NCBI GenBank assembly: GCA_964016885.1
Contig: OZ024747.1
Coordinates: 92,628,001-92,692,000, forward strand
Direction of reading: 5' to 3'
Source of the DNA: Eledone cirrhosa
Lineage: Eukaryota
Length of the DNA: 64,000 nucleotides
Positions 54,630-64,000 of this stretch are shown in pieces; position 1 is the stretch's first letter; every line of letters begins with the position of its first letter. A program made the translations under genes and the position numbers. The notes beneath the pieces were generated by a model that worked only from the letters and a program-made list of their open reading frames with translations, was not told the origin of the DNA and did no database searches.

Positions 54630-55563
54630 GGTGCTTACAGCCCTCTGGCAGGCGGACCCGGCGATCAGTGGAGACTCCACTTCGTCATTCTATAGAGGGT
54701 TGATCCACAGCAAGTGCGACGACGCGCTCGGTGAAACTCTGGGCGTAGAGGAAGACGAACTGGCCAGTCTGTTCGGTAGGACCTTCCGCCCGGGACCGAT
54801 GGACAACTTCCAAAAGTCCCTGGCCTGGCAGTGCTACCGAGGAGCTCTACCAGTTCGAGACAAGCTCTACAGACATGGGCGCCCGGGCAGGGACCCTTCG
54901 AAAAAGATCTGTCCGAGAGGCGTGCGAGTCGAAGAAACCGTCGCACACGCATTCATACACTGCCCGGGCGTCACCGACCTGTGGGGCTATGTAGAACGAC
55001 TATTGTCGCGAGTGGGACCAATCAGGTTGACCACCGAGTCCATTGTCATGATCAAACCGCCACCCTCCTTCAAAAACGAAGGAGAGGCGGTTTTCCTTTG
55101 TGTGATAGCTATGGCGAAAGAGGTTGTATGGTGGACGAGGTTAAAAGGGCTGAGGTCAGACACCTTTCTCTCCGGCCAACAACTGATTCTTTTTTTCAAA
55201 TACCACCTTAGAAGAAGAATCAGGATGGAGAGAGAGGTGCTGTACCCCAGCAAGTTTTATGAAAGGTGGGTGAAAGTGGCGAGAATGGCCCAAGTGAATG
55301 GGCCTTCTCTCTATATCAGCCTGTAGGTTGAGGAAAAAGAGGAGGAGAGGAAATGGGTACAAACTCTTCGTACTCCTGGAGATGAGGGTTGCACATTTGT
55401 TCGGGGGTATGTGTTACTCATATGTAATTTCTCCCTCTATTGGGGAAAATCGATTAACTTTTAAATTGTATTTGTGATAGTATTTTACACGTTTTTATTG
55501 TATGTAAACTTCCCCCTTTGTATTTGTCCCCTTCTTTTGTGCCCCTGTGGCTAATAAAGAAAC
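54630..55563 (+). mobile_element. L1/Tx1-clade LINE 3' end (zf-RVT domain, open frame 54631-55326, 3' UTR)
   Basis: SLAWQCYRGALPVRDKL......CPR....EETVAHAFIHCP.V..LW; ends AATAAAGAAAC. Confidence 0.8.
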
Positions 55564-55770
55564 ATATCTATATATAACAATATATCATGTTTGGACAACA
55601 ACAAACCAAAATCACAATAGTTGTCAGAACATAGATAAATAGGTAGATAGATGATAGATAGAATGTGGCTAATGTTTCTATCTCTTGTTTAACCAGAATA
55701 CATACATAAATACATGCACACACACACGCACATATATATATATATGTATGTATATACATTTTATATATAT

Positions 55771-55809
<39 letters not shown>

Positions 55810-55833
55810 ATGTGTGTATCTATTTATATATGC

Positions 55834-55865
<32 letters not shown>

Positions 55866-55878
55866 ATCTATTTATATA

Positions 55879-55927
<49 letters not shown>

Positions 55928-55990
55928 ATATATACATATTTATATATATACATACATATATATATGTGTGTGTGTATATATATATTATAT

Positions 55991-56064
<74 letters not shown>

Positions 56065-56339
56065 TGCCCCCTCGTTATCGAGTATGGCCAGTGCACAATA
56101 TAACATTATTTAATAATTATTAATTAATTCTATCGTGCAATGCCTGTGCGTGAAGATTTTTTTTTAAGTGAGGAAAGACTGTGCACTGAGCCAATCCCAC
56201 TCTCTGAGCGACAGTAGCTATAACCCGAAAAGAAGAAAAGCTCAACATCTTCGGTAACTACTGAGCTCCAGGTTTTATATCAGAGTTATCCCAGTTTCCT
56301 GAGTTGCCTTCTCCTAGAAGAATGCCCTGACAAAGGCAT

Positions 56340-56880
56340 CTCATCATCATCATCATCATCATCACCGTTTTACGTCCGTTCTTCCACGCTAGCATGGGTT
56401 AGACGGGTTGTCCTGTTGTGGGCAGTGTCTGGTCGGCTGACCATGCCTTGCTCATACAGGAACTGATCTGGCTTGATTTCTACAGCTGGATGCCCTTCCT
56501 AACACCAACCTCATTTACAGTGAGTGCTGGGTGCTTTTTCGTGGCGCCTACACGTCCACTTTACAGTGTGGGCTGAGTGCTTTTTTGCCGTGGCACCTCC
56601 ACGACCACCTTGCGGGGGGGGGGGCATATTGTTTATATGCTTCAGCATGTACCCATGGGAGGTCGGGTACCCTGTATTACTGCGTGACGCCAGAAGTCAC
56701 GGTCGTGTGTCATTGACTTTGAGAGGTGTAGTTGGGTAAGGTCGGCTTTTATCACCTCATCCCAAGTCATCTTGGGTCTCCCCACTCCGCGGTTTCCATC
56801 AACTTCTAGTGCTCTGCACCTTTTTATGCAGCTGTCATCCTTCATACGCATCACATGTCCATACCAGCGCAACCGCCTCA
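56340..56880 (-). mobile_element. SINE family 2 3' part (56340-56610) adjoining an RTE-type LINE fragment (56645-56880)
   Basis: RRLRWYGHVMRM.DDS..K.C..LEV.G.R..GRPK.TWDEV; (CAT)n tail on the plus strand. Confidence 0.75.
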
Positions 56881-57079
56881 ATATATTTACATACATAGAA
56901 ACCTTGCCAAAAGATACTACAACTTCTCCTTTGTACTTGATAGAATGTAGGACCCTTCGTAAGCAGGGTGCAGACCCCTTGGCCCGTCTGGAGGGTCAGT
57001 GACCCTGCTTCAGAATCGACTTGGTCTATGTAGACCTGTCCAAACATTGCTAGCAGGGAGATGGACATTTAGTGATGAT

Positions 57080-58580
<1,501 letters not shown>

Positions 58581-58719
58581 CTATGTATACCAAGAATATT
58601 ACCTACAAGAAAATGTACTATATATATATGTACCTATATATAAAAAGTTCTAATTTATTATGATTCATATAAAAATCATAATAAATCATAATAAATCAAT
58701 AAATAAACAAATATTTGTG

Positions 58720-58775
<56 letters not shown>

Positions 58776-58777
58776 TG

Positions 58778-58855
<78 letters not shown>

Positions 58856-60835
58856 CGTGAGTGTACGTGTGTGTGTGTACATGTGTATGTACATATATAT
58901 ATATATCATTCAACCTCTTGTCTTGAACACAGTACACTGGTTAGAAATAATAAAATAATAATACAATGATACACATAGTTAGATAACTATTTTTATGTCA
59001 TTTGAATATTCATCTAGTTTTATCTATAACTGGTTTTCATTGTAGAAAGGCAGAGAAAGAATTCAATGAAAATTCAATAAGAATTTATAGAAAAGAAGAA
59101 AATCTTTTTAGAAGTGGTAGGAATTTTTGTTGAGAATTTTGATATTAAAACAAGAAAAATAAAATATATATATATAGAGAGAGAGAGTTTGATATTTTGC
59201 AATCATTGAATTTCCTTTATGCTGACAAATTTTTAGTTTATATATATATAATAGTAAGAATTTTTTAGTTAATTTATATAAAATGTAATATTTGTTTTGG
59301 GAAAAAAATTTCTATAAAATTATTTTATCACTTCAGATTAAAGCTATTTACCTCAGAATATCTCTTGATCATCTGATTCACTTAAATTTTAGCCATATCA
59401 TTTGCATGTTATACACATTGACTGCAGAGATGACAGATTGATGATATTTCACTTGTAAAATTACCTTATGTTGTCACATGTATCATTAACTTCTGTCAAG
59501 TTCTGTCAGCATATACATACTAGATAAGCTATGTTTTCATTATACTGCAGTTTAAACATCCTAATATTTTGCTGTTTGTCGGCAGAAAATATGAAATAAT
59601 AGCTTCTTATTTGGGACTTCGCATTCAATAAAAGTTTTAAATTACAGCTAAAAATCATCTAAAACTACTACATTGAAAGGTAACTACTGTCTTTATGAAG
59701 ATGTATTACCTAGAATAATGTATAAGTTGTGAAAAGATACAGAAATGACAGTGTGTGAGGCATCAATATATTTAAAGAATAGATAAGAAGAAAATATAAT
59801 TTCTTCATTTCTTTGTTAAATTCCTAAGTGACAAGAAACCTTATGCTCACAGGATCAGGTATAAAATCACATAATGCCACAAATATATATATTTTCACTT
59901 AAGCAATATCTGATGATTTCTTTTTGCACAAAGTATTTGCTCAGTTGTGAGCACAAGAAAGTTTTCAAATGCAAAATGAATTTAATTTGCTTTTTCTCTG
60001 AATAATATATTTTATTTAAAATAATAAAGATTTTAGAAAAAGTTTTTTTTTGTGTTAATAATGCAGAAATAGAAACATACCTTGATTTATTCTTCTATAT
60101 ATGTAAGTAGTCCATTCTATGGAGCAATATTGCAAAACAAAAGAAAAAGAGAGTGTGAGAGAGAAGACAGTTGACTGAAGTGGGTACACCAATAAAGTTT
60201 ACTAAGAGAACACTATTACCTGGGGAAACAAAAGAACTAAATCTATAGTTTATATGAATTTTAGTAGTTAAATATGTCAATTATTTAGTACAAAACGTTG
60301 CTAAGGGGTGGGGTGGGGTTGTTCCAGCCTTGTAGTGACTAAATTAAGCAATAATAGTCTACCAACTCAGAAAACTTCTGTAAAAACTTAAAAGCTATAA
60401 ACTTGAAGTTATATATATATGTTTTTGATGTTGAATGCTTTCCATTATGATATTGAAACAGTAGCTCAGAGAATATGAAAACCAAAGATGGTATTTTTAT
60501 TGCTAAACATAACCAACTTTAACTAGATGTTAGTTTGATTAAACAAAAATTAAATTCTAGAAAACAAAAAATAATTTATCAGATCTGAATTCAGACTGGA
60601 GAAACCATTCCTTGCTTATAATGACTTGGGAGTTGAAGATGTTTAGCAAGTATAGTAAGAGCATAGGTGAATTGTTAAGATTCTTGGAGATTCTAATTTG
60701 AAAGAACTTGATGTGTTAGGTGAATTGTTTTACTAATTTCTTTTGTTCGTTTCTGCCTTTGATTGGCTTCTTTGTTACAGTTTCTAAGTTATGTAATTCT
60801 GAGTTTTTTCTATACTTTTATTCATTTACTTATTC

Positions 60836-60859
60836 GTTATTATTATTATTATTATTATT

Positions 60860-60912
<53 letters not shown>

Positions 60913-61035
60913 CGTTATTGTTATTATTGATATTATTATTGTTATTATTATTATTATCATCATTATCATAATAATTATTATTATTGTTGTTGTTATCATT
61001 ATTATTATTATTATTATTATTATTGTTGTTATTAT
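60836..61035. repeat. (TTA)n/(TTG)n trinucleotide microsatellite
   Basis: Read directly. Confidence 0.9.
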
Positions 61036-61960
61036 TTACTTTCGATAGTACTCAACTGAAGTTTAATTTTTTTTTCCGTTTTATTATTTTTTTAATTTTA
61101 AATTTACTACTTTAGATATAAAAAGAATTAAAAATATAAAACCAGATAAATGCTTTATAGGAAATATAATTTGTCCATAAATGTTTTAAAACAAATTTAC
61201 ATTTATTGCAGAATAATAATAACTGTGAAAATCCACTGTATTGGAACACACAAATAAACAACAAGTAAATCCAGTGAGAAAATTTAATTCATCAGAGTAT
61301 CAAAATTTTTATCCTTAAAAAATATTCTCATTATGAATTTGACACCTAAAATAATAATGCAATTTATCCATAGTTGAAAACAATTTAAATTGCATTCATT
61401 TGTAGTTACAAGTTTTACCCATGGGCAAATATTGCAATTTCTTATATTTTCAGTTGCATTTAAATATGTTTATATGTTTTAAAGAATATTTCAGCCTTTG
61501 TTGTTATTCCAGAATTAAAACTGCAGTATAATATCTTGTCCCTTAAAGGCATGTTTTTTCTTTTAACAATAAATGCATACCACAGCCATATTAATGAGCA
61601 AATGAATTATAACGGAGAGCTCAAGTTACAGCATCATTTATCTTAGAACTGACTTCTGAAATATTCAGAAAATAAAATATTGCAATGTTTTAAATTATGG
61701 AGATGCTATATACTCCGTTGATGTTGTCTAGATGGTTCAGATAATTGGCATTTTGTTTTAAAGCTATAATTCATGTATGTACAACTAACCTAGAAAAAAA
61801 TGAATCTGAGTTATTTGGAGATATGAAAGAGAGATAAAATATGTATATCATAAGTGTAATTGCTGCAAATAATGATTATGTGGTCAGACTATTTCACATT
61901 TTTATTGTAAAATTCAATGACATATGCTAAAAGGTCTTCAGGAAACTAAAGAATATATAT

Positions 61961-62008
<48 letters not shown>

Positions 62009-62592
62009 ATGTATGTATATGTATGTATATATTTATGTCAGGTCGCTCTTCAGCGCTACTGGTAACATGTAACCCAGAACAACCTGTGCATGGTTAGGTC
62101 ATCGCTGACTAAACTGGCAACACCACCAAGCTTGCTTGGTGAGGAGGGTGAATTTGGACACCTTGCGAGATGAAAAACAAAACCTGTCAAAGGGCAGAGG
62201 AACTCAGGAGAGTCAATGGCCATCCAATAAAGAATTTTTTTGTCTTGTGGAATGAGAGACTTCTATTCTTCATTAAGACATCTCTCTAGGAGAAGGTCAC
62301 TCTGTTATAAAACCTACACATTTATTTGCATCCAATGATGTAGACCAGTTCTTTTAGGGCAAATCTATATGATGTTCAGAGAGTAGGATTGGCCCTGGGA
62401 AAAGCCTTTCCTCACTTAAAAAAGTTTCAAGCACAGGTATCGCTTGACATGTGACTTTTTTTGTGGTGCATGGCATTGCCAGCTATAGGCAAGTCTCTAG
62501 CAGAACTAAAAGGTCATGTCCATGATGCTCATGCTTAAGTATCAAGTGATGGCGTTACTCAAAATCGAATTGCAACCATCATATTTCATATT

Positions 62593-62646
<54 letters not shown>

Positions 62647-62662
62647 ATATATATATATATAT

Positions 62663-62735
62663 TTGGTATCCCTGAAATATGTATAATGAAATAAATATGG
62701 TTTTATAAATATAGTTTCCATTTATTTAATATCGT
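62663..62735 (+). mobile_element. Family D fragment (3' half of HHR only) in (TA)n
   Basis: ggtatccctGAAAtatgtaTAatgaaataaatatggttttataaatatagtttcc. Confidence 0.7.
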
Positions 62736-63951
62736 ATATATATATATATATACATACATATATATATATGTGAGTGTGCGTCTTCCATTAATATTATGCC
62801 CTATAGTGTAGTGGCTTGGTAAGCATCAGTGATATATAACATACAAAATAAAGTTGGTTAGCAACAAGAAGGGCATCTGGTCACGCAACTACTGCCTTAA
62901 AAAACCTTTTCAAACCTATGCCTCAGTCTGGGAATTGAACTCACAACCTCACAATTGTAAATCCAACTCTCTAACTACTAAGCCTTTACTGTAACATAAC
63001 TTAAATAAAAGTTCTTATGTAAAATTATATATGAACCCTTTAAAATGGGTGGTTTTATTTCATAGATCCAGAAGAGGTTGGGGTGGATTGATATGAAAAG
63101 GGTTGAATATTAACTATCAGCAACTGCATTAATTTGATCATATTTTCAATTGCATTCTGAAAAATGTATCTGCAATGACTCCATTAAGAAAAATGAAAAC
63201 TTGGTTATACAAATGACAACCAAAGCTGTTTTAATAGAAATGCATCTCCCACATATATTCTAATATAGGAATTTATGGTAACTAATTTCCAAAGTTTTAC
63301 CTTCTACAAATTATATTAAAATAATTAGTATAACAATGATGTGCTTTGTTTGCATAATCCTTTAAAATTTCATTAAATGTTTCTCGAAAAATATCAGAGG
63401 AAAATATTTATTTTCATAAAAATATATTTCTTTAAATAAAAACTTCTAGAAGTTTCTGTGCTTGTAAATTGACAGAAAAAAAAGAGATTATGTGTGAAAC
63501 CATTAATATGGAAATGAATAAAATATATAACAGGGGAAACAAACTAAAAAAACTTGTGAACAAGCTATTTCCTTGGGGTCTGAAGTCTGTCATTTTAAAA
63601 GGTCTGGTATTTTAAAAAATGCATGCAACTAAGAGAAATAGTTATAGAGCTTAAATAGCTAAAATAGTATGGTAGAAACAGAGCAGAGCTCTATAACTTG
63701 ATAAAAGATTTCAAATATTATAACATGATATAACCAACATTAGTTTGTTGTCTTCCTACTTAATTCTAAGTGGTCAAACTCAAATGTGCACCAAAATATT
63801 AAAAAACAAATTGTGAAAGCTAAAAAACAATGTATGTTGTAATACTTTTAATACATTAAATAATTATGACTATTAATGGGAAAATATTCTGAAGCTGAAT
63901 AGTTTGTATAATAATTGAAAATAAATACATTTTTTTGTTTTTTTTTGTTAC

Positions 63952-64000
63952 CTTCTTCTCAATCCCTCTTTTCTTGAGAAAACTTAAAGGATGAAGGTAC
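63952..64000 (-). other. Possible host exon end (YLHPLSFLKKRGIEKK | GTAACA)
   Basis: Stop-free frame ending at a phase-0 AAG|GTAACA donor; no protein recognised. Confidence 0.25.

Noticed and set aside
60560-60810. Coding-looking minus-strand stretch
   Set aside because: Stops in the frames examined and no clear splice signals.

Overview
AT-rich, repeat-saturated animal genomic DNA, intergenic or deep intronic. The SINE families and extreme (TA)n/(CA)n load suggest an octopus-like cephalopod (inference). No intact host gene is supported, and nearly all ORF-track entries are microsatellite artefacts. Recognisable coding remnants are all retroelements: a 5'-truncated Penelope-like element (PLE; RT plus C-terminal GIY-YIG, Naiad-like, minus strand, 50.7-54.1 kb), CRE-clade RLE fragments, RTE-clade LINE fragments and an L1/Tx1 3' end. 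Also present are two tRNA-derived SINE families, several MITEs and a non-autonomous Helitron. The main hidden signal: many short unique islands inside (TA)n tracts carry minimal type-I hammerhead ribozyme (HHR) motifs. By eye I count about 15 with canonical CUGANGA/GAAA cores and about 9 variant or degenerate ones, from at least 8 sequence families. They often occur as fold-back palindromes or as circularly permuted monomers of about 480-650 nt. One family is homologous to the 3' terminus of the PLE, suggesting a (TA)n-targeting PLE/retrozyme-like system. All structures were read by eye; no folding, alignment or database search was run.
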